In this document: in pieces, positions 1-13,576 of the stretch | How the letters are laid out: the number at the start of each line of letters is the position of its first letter | Position numbering within the stretch: position 1 is the first letter of the stretch | NCBI RefSeq assembly: GCF_001194135.2 | Contig: NC_068984.1 | Coordinates: 40,092,852-40,156,851, forward strand | Direction: 5' to 3' | From: Octopus bimaculoides | Lineage: Eukaryota | Length of the DNA: 64,000 bases | The notes under the pieces: generated by a model | The model's database searches: none | Told to the model about the DNA's origin: nothing | What the model saw: the letters and a program-made list of their open reading frames with translations, nothing else | Translations under genes and position numbers: made by a program

Positions 1-319
1 CATGGACAACTGTATGTTGGCTGCTCAAGAGTGGGCAGCAACAAAAAACCTATTTGTATATGCTCCACAAGGGAAAACAAGGAACATAGTTTACAATGAG
101 GTGTTATAATCACAGCAGCAAGAAAGTATGTACATGATCACCTTCTTTTACAAAACTTCATTGACTTTCATATATTTATATTGATATACATATATATACG
201 TGTGTTTGGGTGCGTGTGTGTATATACATCTCTATATATAAAGATGATGCGTAGTCTAGACGGCGTTTTTAGATTTCATTATTCTCTTTAACCCGGGCAA
301 CGCCGGGTATTTCTGCTAG
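1..319 (+). mobile_element. Helitron 3' end: RepHel helicase C-terminus, GC hairpin and CTAG terminus
   Basis: 1-109 translates as HGQLYVGCSRVGS(frameshift)NLFVYAPQGKTRNIVYNEVL*, the PIF1-like Helitron helicase end. Hairpin ACCCGG..CCGGGT at 291-308, then CTAG|T at 316-320. Confidence 0.85.
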
Positions 320-827
320 TTCATAAATAAAGCAGCGTTTAAATGGGGATTTTTTTTTAAATCTTTAAAAATATTTCATTGTTTCCTAAATCATTTGGTT
401 TGCTTTATAAAATTCTATCAATGGTTAATCAGTTATTTTGTTGATTAGACATGAGGATTGAATTACTGATCCAAATGTCTTGATATAAATTCTGAGGGTG
501 GCATTGTGTACACTTCTAAACAAAATATTTATTACTTAGGGTAATTGACAAAAAGTGCCACTCTCATTTTTATGGTTACATTAGTAGCTTTAGAAAGAAT
601 GTTTAATCTACCTTTGGTATTTGTTAAAGCCTTTCTATTATTAATAAGAAAAGTCATCTTTCATTCAGTATCAACAATATAAAAAAAAGTTGAAATATTT
701 GTAATATATTTTGCTACATATTGAATTTTTATGATAGCAACAGAATATGCACACACACACATATGTGTGTTATTTCTTTACTACCCACAAGAGGCTACAC
801 ACAGAGGGGACAAATAAAGACAGACAA

Positions 828-1003
828 ACGGATTAAGTCGATTATATCGACCCCAGTGCGTAACTGGTACTTATTTAATCGACCCCGAAAGGATGAAAGG
901 CAAAGTCGACCTCGGCGGAATTTGAACTCAGAACGTAGCGGCAAACGAAATACCGCTAAGCATTTCGCCCGGCGTGCTAATGTTTCTGCCAGCTCGCCGC
1001 CTT
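828..1003 (-). mobile_element. tRNA-derived SINE, family A (head GGCGGCGAGCTGGCAGAA...GAGTTCAAATTCC)
   Basis: Pol III A/B-box-like head. More diverged copies lie at ~8698-8916, 27467-27600, 36170-36390, 40820-41012, 48985-49195 and 52480-52830. Confidence 0.8.
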
Positions 1004-1025
1004 GTGTGTGTGTGTGTGTGTGTGT

Positions 1026-1279
1026 AGGTGTGGCTGTGTGGTTATGAAGCTTGTTTCCCAGCCATGTGATCTTGGGTTCAGTCTCACTCTGAGGTACCTT
1101 GAGCAAGTGTGATCTACTATAGCTCTGGGTCAACCAAAACCTTGTTAATGAATTTGGTAGACAGAAACTGAAAGAAGTCAGTTGTATTCATATGTATATA
1201 TATCTATTTGTGTGTGTGTGTGTGTCTTTTTGTTTGTGTTTGTCCCCTACCAATACTTGATAACGGTTGTTAGTTTGTT
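1026..1279 (+). mobile_element. tRNA-derived SINE, family B (head GTGGCTGTGTGGT...GGGTTCAGTCCCACT, internal microsatellite), running into a gap
   Basis: Same family as the 13887, 32737 and 46126 copies, opposite strand. Confidence 0.7.
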
Positions 1280-1492
1280 NNNNNNNNNNNNNNNNNNNNN
1301 NNNNNNNNNNNNNNNNNNNNNNNNNNNNNNNNNNNNNNNNNNNNNNNNNNNNNNNNNNNNNNNNNNNNNNNNNNNNNNNNNNNNNNNNNNNNNNNNNNNN
1401 NNNNNNNNNNNNNNNNNNNNNNNNNNNNNNNNNNNNNNNNNNNNNNNNNNNNNNNNNNNNNNNNNNNNNNNNNNNNNNNNNNNNNNNNNNNN
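1280..1492. other. Assembly gap (others at 21502-21974, 26027-26036, 26521-~26986, 37431-37440, 47491-47500, 60544-60612)
   Basis: N runs, mostly abutting microsatellites or repeats. Confidence 0.99.
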
Positions 1493-1954
1493 ATATATTG
1501 TGTATATGTGTGTATATTTATTGTTTTTGAGTTAATCTTAGAGACGGCTTGTCCTTTTAAAATATTCATGTAATCTATAACAATTGCTCATAATTGTAAA
1601 ATTGCATTATTATTGAAAACAGACAATCTCTTTGCCAAGTTAACTCCAAATAAATAAATCATCTGTACATCAGAAAGTGTTTTGCATACTTCTTTGAATA
1701 GTGGTTTTCTTGTAGCTGTGAATATCTAATCTATATCATCCTTGCCATCAACGATTTAACATCTACTTTTACTTGGTGCATGGGTCAGATGGAACTTGTT
1801 GAGATAGATTGCATATGGCAGGTTATACTTGCACAGATTTTCTATGGTTGGACATGTTTGTACAGCTGGTTGAAAGTGAAAGACAGTCTGAATGTCAGTG
1901 ACACTTGCTTACAACTACCAATGTGAGGAGCCTCTTGCATGCGTGTGTGTGTGT

Positions 1955-2031
<77 letters not shown>

Positions 2032-2089
2032 GTAGGTTATATACCTGTTTTTTTTCTGCATATTAAGCTTGGCCATATCCAAGAAGTTA

Positions 2090-2400
2090 CCAGGGTTCTC
2101 TCTTCTTACCTAAATACTAAAACCTCCATCTTTGCTAAGTTTACTTTAAGACCGCTTGGTTCTAGGTGTAGCTTCCATGTTTGGAATTTTCCCTCTAATT
2201 CCTCTACAGATTCAGCTATGAAAACTAGGTCATCAGCATATAGGAGTTTCCATGGATAGTCAGTATTAAACTCCTCTGTTGATGGCCTGTACTATAATTA
2301 TGAATCTTAATGGATCCCTATTTCCATGCTGAATTCATCACTGAAATCATTGAAAACTAGCAATGACTTGAAAATAACATAAATTGATCACCTATGTACT
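2090..2400 (-). mobile_element. RTE-clade LINE reverse transcriptase fragment
   Basis: Minus strand reads YADDLVFIAESVEELEGKFQTWKLHLEPSGLKVNLAKMEVL. Confidence 0.8.
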
Positions 2401-3859
2401 GGAATTTTGGTGAAGGTACATTTTGTCTTGTAATGATAAATGAGCAGAAGTATAATAAAACTACTCTAGGACTTCAGTTCACAAAAAGACATGAAAGTTC
2501 AAACCAGGTAATCAGATATGGTATTTATAGAAAAATCAAATAAGATAATGTTTGACTATAATCTGTAATTGCCATAACATATGGTTTCAGAATGTAAGAA
2601 AAAGATATTAATAGTTAGATTATAAAGTACAATGAGCTTACATGTGAAATATAGACATAGCACATGTTAGTATACATAGTAACAATAGTGACTGAACATT
2701 TAGGGATAAATTTTTATTCATAAAAATACTGGTATATTTTCACTTGGTTAGTAAGATATGGAAACAATGTGGATGTAAGGATTTATGGGAGAGAGAGAGA
2801 AATATATTGGAATTCCAGATTAGTGGTTTTTGCCTGATATTTAACCAGTTACTCTTAAAAGATCAAATGCTAAGATAAAACATAAATGAAAACTACTAAA
2901 AAATGAATTATCTCTTGACTTATAAAATGCATATAAGCAAATATATTCAGGTGCATGCACACACACACACAGACACACACACACACAGATAGATAGATAG
3001 ATAGATAGATAAAAAGTAAAATTCAGTTGTACTAAAAAAATACAGAATCAAAATATTTTACCTTCTGTCTTTGAAGGAATAAATTCAATTTTATGAATAA
3101 AATATTTTTCAATGTTATATTAAAACGTAGCCATATCTAACTGGTAACCACTAAACAAACCATAGTTATTGGTTGTTATATAATTTTAAGCACTTTATTA
3201 GGATAGAATCTTTGATATGCAAGTTACTAATATTAATATTGTAAGCTCTGATTGTGTCTTTATATTCTGGTAGGTTTGGTTTCCATGTTGTATTATGCAT
3301 ATATACAATGGACAGTTGCCATTGGGTATTATATTCATTTATTATTATATTGGTTTCAATCATTGGGCTTCAGCAATGTTGGGGCATTGTTGTCATGGGT
3401 TTCAGTTATTTTCATCAATACTAGGTTTCATATTCTGACACTTATTTCATTAATCTTGTGAGATTCAAATTGCAAAGTGGATATTGGAATAAGTGAAAAT
3501 CACTACATCAGATTAAATATTATGAGGTGTTTCTATTTGAATGTCCCACTTTTGTTTACCTTGTGCTGGCATAAAAAACAAAAACAAAACAACATATGTT
3601 CTGGCACAAATTACACAAACAAGAAAAAGAGTACTTGATATGTTTTGTAAGAATTTTATCCTGTTATTGTAAGCTGGAAACCTCACTTAACATTACTCTG
3701 AGTTTCTCATTTCTGATTTTTGGCCAGCAATGAATGTTTCAATGAATATAATAGCTTTCTCCATATCCATTCCCTGAAAATGCTTAAATATAATTATGGA
3801 TCTTGATTGGTTACTGGGGAGTCGTATTCTTGTATTTGCATGTGAATGTTCGGGTGTAT

Positions 3860-4260
3860 AATGTTTTAGCTGTCAAAGCTGCTTTGTCAAAGTATATCTG
3901 GTTTATTAGGGAAACAACTCACCACCTGTTCAGAATTACTTGATCACTCTCAGAAATGCTCGAGTTTCTGGCCTATAAGTGTACTATCTCCTGTCTCTGC
4001 CTTTTTTACTACTATTATAATGGCCTCTGCTCCTTACAGGTGACTGGGTTCATATCACCTCCATTCATACATTATCTTCTCACTCGTTTTACCTTCTCCT
4101 CATCGCTCTGGTTGTGTCTAAACCACCTTCAGTAACCACTGAGCTCAGTTATTCCTTCCAAAACCATCAGCTCTCTGGAACATCCTATTTACTCATGTTT
4201 TTCCTGTAGGTGTTATTTTGCAATTTTTCAAGAGGAACATTAATGCCATAAATCTTACTC
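3860..4260 (+). mobile_element. Degraded CR1/Jockey-group LINE 3' end (post-RT region)
   Basis: Remnant peptides such as LSLPFYYYYNGLCS; same family as 40260-40760. Confidence 0.5.
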
Positions 4261-4579
4261 ATCTCAGAGGGCCTGTAGATGCCATGTTTGGCACTATACC
4301 TTCCTTCAGACCAAGCAAATAAAAGAAAAAACACAAAAAACAAACTATGTTATTCACAGCCATATCACCATGGAAGTTTCACTTCTAGATTTCATTGTTT
4401 TGCCAAATTGAGAAAATGCAGATCTTGCAGCAAAATTTTTTCCAGCTTAAATCTTGGGTCAGAGTAATAAAATTCTTGCAAACATCCCCACTTCCACACA
4501 CATACATACACACACACACAAAAAAAAATACCTATGTCCTGCTATAAATCACCTTAATACATAATATGAGCACATCTCT

Positions 4580-4780
4580 CATCTATTTTCCCTAGGAAGC
4601 ATAGCACCTTGTCAAAACCCTTCTCCAAGTCATTGAATGCTAGGTATAACAGCTTGGTCTTAGCTAAGAACATCAATAGTTATCACTTAAGGAAGATAAT
4701 ATTTATGGTATCCCATCCTGTAGATATATATCCAGCTGATTAAAACAATCTATGTTTAGAGTCTGATAAGTGTAAAAATA
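4580..4780 (-). mobile_element. RTE RT fragment (YLAFxDLEKAFD motif region)
   Basis: Shares ~190 bp with 6560-6770; the minus strand encodes a degenerate LYLAF.DLEK.FD. Confidence 0.6.
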
Positions 4781-5639
4781 GATAAAAAAAAAACAAAAAA
4801 AAACAGTGAAGCTTTATGATCATCTTTATATTGCAAACTTTTTCTGAAGAAGTCTTGTCATTTTTTGGTTACTCTGCATGTCCATCCAAGCAACACCTTT
4901 ACTTTGTACTGTTTTGGTTACCAGATCAGTGCTCTGTTAGTGCCAGTTCATTTTTACTCTTATTTTGATTCACTTAGGTCATTTTAGATTCATTTTCAAT
5001 CTATTTTGCTTTATTTTACCTTCACCTTTTATAATCAATCTCATTTCCAGTCTATTTTTTAATCAATCTTAGTTTATGATTCTTATATCTCTTTGATTTT
5101 TTATCACATTTTTATTTCATACATTTTTTCGTTAGATAAAATAAATTTTTCATCATATATATTGCCTTTTAGCTTTTATCTTTTACTATTTATTCTTTAC
5201 TCCTCACTCATACTGCTCAGTTTATTCCACCATTGCCTTAATGTATAACATATTTATTCTTGCATATTTTTAAATATGCATCTTTCTATCTAAGTCTTGC
5301 ATTTAAACATGTGTTAGTTTACTCATTGAGCCCATACAAACAAATGTATGTGTAGAGTTAGTTCGGTATGTGTAGTGTGGAAAAGAATGAAAATGTGCAT
5401 ATGAAGATTAAGAAGATGTGAGTGTTTTTGTAGTTTTCTTATTTCTTTTCATTTTTAATATTCCTCACTGCTTTTCTTTTTTTTCCTATTTTTTCTTCAA
5501 CTTTAATCTTCATATGTTCTTATGCACTCTAATAACAATGCAAAAACATATTATATACCCAAATGTTCATAAGCATATTATAAAAATGTAACAATTCCCT
5601 CTCCCCAGCATCTTAGTCAGGATCTAGTTGTATATTAAA

Positions 5640-6038
5640 CAGGGATGTGCCGCCTAGGTAGGCAAGGTAGGTAGTACCCACCTTGAATAAAATAGATCAC
5701 TAGCATCATTTTGCTTTTATGGCAAAATATGCACCTAATTCAATAAAATTATGAAGGTTACTCTGATTACTGTACATAAAATACAAAATATTTTATTTTT
5801 TTGTAGGTTAGGCAGGCATAATTCGCCCCTCCCTTTTGGTCTCAGTATTTAAGCTACGCATAGTAATGCTGTAGTACATGTGCTATGTACACTACTACAT
5901 TTCCTTTACAGGCTATAAAGGCAGAAGTAAATCTGCCTTCAACTCAGTCGTGCGCCTGTAGTTTGCTTATTTTTTGTGTTTTACTTCATAAAAGTCACCA
6001 ACTGCCTACCCTGAGTAATTACTGATGGCACGTGCCTA
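5640..6038. mobile_element. hAT-type non-autonomous element (MITE), 399 bp, 8-bp TSD ATATTAAA
   Basis: Imperfect short TIRs (CAGGGATGTGCC / GGCACGTGCCTA); identical ATATTAAA at 5632-5639 and 6039-6046. Confidence 0.8.
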
Positions 6039-6299
6039 ATATTAAATATTTTGAAAGAACATATTTTATTTGTTGCCTTTACTGTTAACTACTTCTGTTT
6101 ATCAACTCCACTACATATGCAAGTCTTCTCTATTGACCTGGCTGTGGTTCCACTATATCTCTTGTTCATTTATAATAACACACTTAGTATACAGTACAAA
6201 GTTCTTGCTACTTGTCTGAATATGTCTACATCCCTGATGACAGTAGAACCCTGTAATCAAAATCTTTTGTCTTTGCTAGGTTTACTTTGAGTTCTCTCA

Positions 6300-6770
6300 A
6301 TCCTGGTTTTTTTCTTCCATATTTGCAATTTCTCTCATTTGTCAACTTCAGCTATGAAAACTATGTCATTGGTGTACAAGTGGTTGACAGCTGGCAAGCT
6401 CTTCTGTTATGGCCTGGAGGATTATAATAAACAAGATGGGGTTGAGAACTGAATCCTGACAAACATCAAACTGCACATTAAATTTCTCACTTGATGTATT
6501 CCTAACTCTTTGCTGATGGCATCAACAACTTGCATGTCTCTCACCTATTTTACTTTGGGAGCATCAGATCATAGCGCATGGTTCCTGGTCAAAAGCCTTC
6601 TCCAAGTTAATGAATGCTAGGTATAATAGTTTGGTCTTAACTAAGAACATCTCCTATAGTTATCACATGAGGAAGATGGCATTTATGATATCTCATCCTG
6701 TTAATATGTATGTATTCAGTTGATGTGAGCAATCAATGTTTAGAGTCTGATAAGTATAAAGATGTTTCTA
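6300..6770 (-). mobile_element. RTE LINE RT fragment
   Basis: Minus strand: YLAFINLEKAFDQ...QDSVLNPILFIIILQAITEE. Confidence 0.75.
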
Positions 6771-8697
6771 TGACCATGACCCGTATTTCAAGCATTGTAG
6801 ATTGAATGTAGATGTTGATTAAATAAAAATCACTGAAAATGATATATAAATGCGATATGACTGATAGACTAAGTCAATAGTAAAAGTAATGCATAGAAAA
6901 TAGGAATGAAAAGAAAACCAATATGGTTAAGTAGATAAAGAAACCAACTAAAAGTGTGTGAATTTGTGTATGTGTGTGTGTGTGTATACCCTGTGGATAA
7001 AGGTATGACCGAATAGTTAAGGTCTCTGGTTCAATCTTAGTACATGGCATTTTGAACAAGTGTCTTTTATTTTAGATTTTGGCTGACCATGTGAGTGGAA
7101 TTGGATTGATAGAAACTGTGGAAGACTCTTGAATAAGCTGTACCTGTAATTCAAAGGAACAGCCTTGTCATACTATATTGTTGATTCTACTTGACAATTA
7201 TGTCAAAGGACAAATGTCTATAGAATGCTCTACCATTTACACTATAAGATCTTGGAGAATCCAGCTGGCAGTTCAGTCGATCAAACAACTGAAACTCCCA
7301 TTGTTGAAACTGACAGTAATCCATATATTTTTAATTTAATCTATGAATTTGTTCTGAGTGAATATTAAAATGTAAGGATAGTGTACATTGAGTGGAAAGG
7401 AACAGTAAGGTTGGTGTTGGATGTTACATGTTTTAGAGGCAGGTCAAAGAAGATTGAGATTGAAATTTGGCACCATACAGAATTGCAGGACTTATTCTCT
7501 CACTTCACTTAATGTCTGACAAAATTCTGCTGCACCTGGTTTTACATAATTTGAAAAATAGTGACACTAGTATCAAGCTGTATGGGACTTTTCCTTTTCT
7601 TTGGAAACATTGCTGATGCAGGAGAAGGGAAATATGCTGCATGTGAAATTGCTACTTGTTTCAGTTATTAGATTGTGGCCATGCTGGGGCACTAGCTTGA
7701 AAAACTTTCAGTCAAATGAACTGAACCCAGTACTTATTTTTTTCTTTTTCTTTAATCCTGGTACTTATTCTATCAGTCTCTTCACCAAACTGCTAAGTTA
7801 TGGGGATGTAAATACACAAAGACATATACACCCACACACACACCCACACACTGGGCTTCTTTCAGTTTCTGCCTACCAAATCCATTCACAAGGCTTTGGT
7901 TAGCCTGAGGCTATAGTAGAAGACACTTGCCAAAGGTATCACACAGTGGGACTGAACTCAGAACAATGTGATTGGGAAGCAAGCTTCTTACTGCATAACC
8001 ATGCCTGCACCTGTATACATACACACACGCACACGCACACACACACACACACACATACAAACAAACAAACAAACAAACAAACAAACTTGCCCAGGCTTGT
8101 AACATTGGAGAGTAACACTCCAGGTACAGATATATGGTCAGTTTGAACTGATAGCAGTCTTAGAGGATCCAATACTTTGCATGAGATGGGATAATGTAAC
8201 AATATTTGTGGCAGTTTCTTGTCTTTACATCATGTGCCTTTCTTTGTGTATAAAAAGGTTGGATTTGTATTACCTGTGAATGTGTTGTCAGTGTTTCCAA
8301 AGAGCAACAGATATACCAATATCACAGAAAATAACAAACGAACAAAAAATATTAATTCCTAAACTCCATATAAAACATAATTTGTTAAGTCTTTATCTCT
8401 TTTGTAAAGTGTATTACGTTTTTTTTATTTTTGATTAGCAAAGCTACAGCTGGGAATGCTACATTTATAACCACACACCATATCAGCTTTAGCAGAATAA
8501 ACCAACTTCTTTAGCATAACAAGTCAACAGGGAACCCTGATATGGTCACTTAAACTTCCATAAATAGCAGCAACTCTCATTCAAATTACATCCTATTGTC
8601 TTAAATAGGAAGGCATTAGATAGTGTAGTATCAGATAACCATGGTTATAGCTAGATCACCTTGAGATTTAATTCTCACTTCTATATTCAGTTAACAT

Positions 8698-8916
8698 AAG
8701 GTGGTGAGCTGGCATGATTCATTAACATGCTGGGCAAACTGATTCGTGGCATTTCATCCGTCTTTATATTCTGAGTTCAAATTCCTCCAAGGTTGACTTT
8801 GCTTTTCATCCTTATGGGGTTGATAAAATAAGTACCAGTTGAGCACTGGAGGGGGTTGATGTAATTGACTTACCCCCTCCCCCAAACTTGCTGACCTTCT
8901 TCCAAATCTTGAAACC
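8698..8916 (+). mobile_element. tRNA-derived SINE, family A
   Basis: ggtggtgagctggca...gagttcaaattcc...aataagtaccagttgagcactgg, homologous to the 828-1003 copy. Confidence 0.7.
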
Positions 8917-11900
8917 TATATTCAGTTAACATATTCAGTTTAAATTTACTTTCTGTGGTTTCTCTTGACATGGTTCATCAGAGAAAAGATCCTTTCATGA
9001 CATTACTTACCATTATTTTGTGTACAAGCCACGGAATAACTCCTGATATGATTTGTTCTCTAACAATCATGCTATTTATATTTTTCTATTAACATAATGA
9101 TTGTAGGATTCATTTGGGAATATTGAGCATTGGCTCCATATTTTTGAGGTATTCAACAAAAACTGATTTATTATTTCATAGGAAGGGCACCAAGCTGTGA
9201 AAAAAAAATTGAATACATGTGTAAGTATGGGGTGGGGGGAAACTGATGTAAAAACAGAATATAAGATTCTATATTGATTTCTTTTGTCTTTAAGTCTGAT
9301 ATCTGCTGATCAAATTGTTAATAAAGTACATAAATTTTGAAGCATATTGTTTCAAGTATTTATAAAGAATTCAAGGTGAAAGATTATTTGAATAGTTTAT
9401 GTATATTTATGTATCTTTTGCTTGTTTCAGTCATTGGACTGTGGCCATGCTGGGACACCAGCTTGAATTACTTTAGTCAAACAAATTGATGCCAGTATTT
9501 ATTTTCTAAAGTCTGATACTTATTTTATTGGTATCTTTTGCCAAGCTGCTAAGTTACAAATATCATACATATGACATGAACTTCTTTCAGTTTTCTTCTA
9601 TGAAATCCACTAGAGTTTTTTTTTATATTTACAAATGTTTACTTATATAGAAATGAAAGGGAAAAATTGAGAATTTGTAACATTAATGTTGTTTACTTCA
9701 TTCAACTCTGGTAGAGCAGACTTATGATCAAAGGCATTCTAACTATGATTGTCTTGTCTTTTTTTTTCTAGACTGCACTATCCAGTATACTTATAGGGCA
9801 TGATTGAGGAAGTTTTGATTACTCTTTCTAGCAGGTTGAACAACTATATAAATCCTGTCATTCATTTTCTCTTCTATAAGCATTAGTGATGTAAATAAAA
9901 GAAAGTAGTTTGTGAATGGAATTATGAACTTGATTGGTTAAATTCATATTTCTGAACTTCTGTCCATGCCATATATGGGCATCTCCCATGTTAGTGTTAT
10001 CTCAGTTTACGGGATTTCTTGCTTACAGAAATTGATAAGTATGATCACTAATTTTGGGATACAGTGTATAATTTCTCCCTTATGGAAGTTTGGATAACTT
10101 TTAAGAATTTAAAAACTACACTTTCTTAGCTTAAAGGCTACTTCTTGGTGATTTAACTAAAATCAAAGTAGTTAACAGTTTGAAAAACTATAATCACTAT
10201 ACATAGATACATGTGTGTGTGTGTGTGTGTGTATGCACCACTATAAGCACTGACAGAATACAGTGGAATTTTTCACTAACTATATGTGTGTGTGTTTGTT
10301 TATATTTTCTTGGTCATAATGAGTATTTGTATGTCTGTCTGTGTGTTCTTCTGTCTCTCTAAATCAACCTTCACCACCACCATCATCTGTCATCAGTGAC
10401 AACACTACAACCATCAGCACCAAAACTAATACAATCACTGCTATTACCAACCCACCAACTCCTTAATGACTACCAACAGCAGCAACAATAGTATGAACAA
10501 GATAAGCAACTCTGTCTTGAATAAGGCAATCATGTGAGGTAATGTGGTACCATAGTGTATTTTTAAAAGTTGAATGAAATGTCTTTGATGAAATGTCTTT
10601 GATGAAATGTCTTAGGTCAATGAGGATTGACTTGAGACTAAATAGGAACAACAATACAATTAACAAGGGCAATATGACTCTCCACCCCATCCCACCTCCA
10701 CCACTTCTAATAAAAACATCATCCACCATCACCATTATCAATGCCTAAAAAAATTGCAGCTGACACCACTGCCACAACCAATCACCAGCTCTTGAATAAC
10801 CTGCTGGCAACAGCAGTAATTGTATTAGCTTCATAACAATGTCTGTAGCTACATATGTTGCATGTCAACACAACATTGTGTGTGTGTGTGTGTGAAAGAG
10901 AGAGAGAGAGAGTAATGTTTTTATGGTCCAAGTCACTTCTCCCATTTCATCTTATTTTTATTCTTACATCCATTGGAATAAGATAACAATTTTTTGCTCA
11001 CACTAATCAATTCTTTCCTGGTGCTATTTTTTCTAATATATATTTGTTACCAGTGCTGTTGGCCTTACTTAACAATTCAAGATATCTGGAAAGAAGCCAT
11101 CAAGCGGAACAGAAGGTTGTAGTGCAAAAAGAAATCATAAAAGGATTTCACTGGATATTAAACTTGATGCTTTAAAAGGGTTTAATGCAAGAGAAAAACA
11201 TTAGCCATGTTGTCAAAACATCAAAAGCTTGCAAAATCTACAGTGGGAATAATGTGTGAGAATAGAGAAATTATTCCATTAACTGTTCATAAATCTAAAT
11301 GTGATGTTTAAAATGGAACAGCTCTTGAGTGTATGGATCAAGGATCAGACTTGAAATAATGTGCCAAGAAGCATGACTAATAAAAAAATAACCAAATTAT
11401 CATGAGTGTAGAAAAAGGGAGGTGAAATTTTTAATGAAAACCCTCTGTTTGCTAGTAAAGACTAGTTTGAAAGGTTAAAGAGTCATTTAAATTCATAGAA
11501 CAGGAAAATGACTTGGTGGAGCTGCCACTGCTGACACAGAGGGTGCTACTAATTATCCTAAGCTACTGAAAAAAAATATTGCTAAAGGGGGCTACACACC
11601 AGAGCAAGTATACAATGTTGATGAAACTGCATGGCTTGCTAGAACTTTAATTTCTCAAGAAGAAAAATCACCACTGGAATTTAAAGCTTCAAAAATTTGT
11701 CTAATACTTCTGGGAAGAAATGTCATTGGGTTACACGAAGTTTAATTTACCTCAGATTTGGTGTTCAAATAAGAAGGCTTGAATGACCAAGAACCTTTTT
11801 GAAGAGTGGTTTGCAAGCATTTTTTTATCCTGATGTAGAAAGGTGTCAGAGATAATCTTTCTCCCAAAACATTGCTCATTTTGGACTATACACCAATCCA

Positions 11901-12338
11901 TCCAATGAACTTACATGGGCTTTCTGATAATGTGAGAGTAGAATATATCACCAAGAATACAGCTTCTTTGCTACAGCCGATAGAATAAGGTGTGATAGGT
12001 AACTTCAAGGCATATTATCTGAGTTAAGGGATGAAGTAAAACTCTGAAATTTGGTGCTTAGAGAAATATATGGTCAGACTGTAGCTGTGACTTTACAAAT
12101 TTTCCACAAGCAGAAAGTCTATATCAAATTTTAAAAGATATTGTGACACTTGCAAATGATATAAGAAGTCAAAGTAGATAATGTGGTTGGGTTGCTTATT
12201 GTACCATAGAAGTAGATCTAATGAGGAACTGATGCTCTTAGAATAACAACAGTAAGCTGATTATACAGATGACAATATAGAAATTCCATCAACTCCATTT
12301 GAATCCACTGAAAATATATTATTAAAGGTTTGGCTTTA

Positions 12339-13187
12339 CAGGGTGTTTGGGCTAAATAAGTATTTAAAAAAACTGAAAAAAATTATCAATTAGATTATGG
12401 TTGGGAGATAACTGTTTACTGAAAGTAGTCACCCTCAACTTCCATTATGGCCTCAAGACAGCCCTGGAACTTGGTGCATGCATTCCTCACTGTGTTTCTG
12501 GAAAGATCTTCAAATAGTTCCTTGATCTTGGCCATCAGCTTGGCCTTGGTGTTGCAGGCAGGGTGGTTGATGTTTTTCTCAACTATGCCTCATGCATGAT
12601 AATCCATGGGATTACAATTGGGGAAATTAGGAAGCCAGAAATTGGGTTTGGTGAAGTTGACAGCTACTTCTAACTCTTTCCAGAGGTATGGCAAGGAGCC
12701 AAATCCTGCTGCCACACATATGAGTTTCCTACAACAACCCCCTCCAGCCAGGGATTGACCAGAGTCTCCAACAGCTTCACAGAGCCATCTGAAATGAGCA
12801 TAAGGCCCTGTTCATCAGCTGTTGGATAAGTTCCAGCATGTGGATACAATCAGAACACATGTTGTGTCCCTTTCGGAACACCTGTTGTGTCACAGTTTCT
12901 TAGTCTCTGTTGCAGCTGTCCATATCACATCTTACAGCCTTTACAGTGTTTACAGAGCATTGAGCTGTAACCATGATGTTGGCATTTTGATATCTGGTGC
13001 AAATCATCATGATACAGGTAACTCTTTTCCAATATTCGAATTGCTTCCAATCTTCCATGTCAGCTAACTTTTTCGAAGTTACAACTTTAATGTTAATGCT
13101 CCCCAACACTGTTTACCTTTCACAAATACAAGCTATTCCTGAAAAATGGAGGTATCAAAAATCATCATATTTAGCCTGAACACTCTG
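12339..13187 (-). mobile_element. Internally deleted maT/Tc1-mariner element (849 bp) with TIRs and TA TSD, nested in the Tigger
   Basis: TA|CAGGGTGTTTGGGCTAAAT ... ATTTAGCCTGAACACTCTG|TA. The minus strand encodes YVWQQDLAPCHTS...NFWLPNFPNCNPMDY...CNTKAKLMAKIKELFEDL...EAIMEVEGDYFQ*. Confidence 0.85.
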
Positions 13188-13518
13188 TACAAAGAGAGGT
13201 TTGCATGTTTTTGTTGATAACAACTCTCATTGTGAATGTAAAATAAAAATCACAAGAGGATTTTACAAGCTCAGTTCCTACACTGAGCTGTACAAAGAGA
13301 TAATGCACGATAAACACCAAACAATTTTAAATATGTGTTTTACCCCTCAACTACATGTTAATGATAAAGATAGTGTCTGCTGTTATCCTCCCAGTAACTT
13401 TTATTCTGCTATCACCATCCCTCAAATAGTAGTCACCTTTTTTTATGGTAAAAATCTACTCTATTACAATATTACAATTCTTATTTGTTCCTTAACGTGT
13501 TTCTCTTCAAATGTTTTT

Positions 13519-13576
13519 GTGTACATTTTGTACTGTGTACATTTTGTACTGTGTACATTTTGTACTGTGTACATTT
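13519..13576. repeat. 16-bp tandem repeat GTGTACATTTTGTACT x ~3.6
   Basis: Directly visible, inside the Tigger 3' region. Confidence 0.9.

Noticed and set aside
721-2259. ORF-track ORFs with HTHT/CVCV/XXX runs (here and throughout the window)
   Set aside because: Translations of dinucleotide microsatellites, SINEs or N-gaps.
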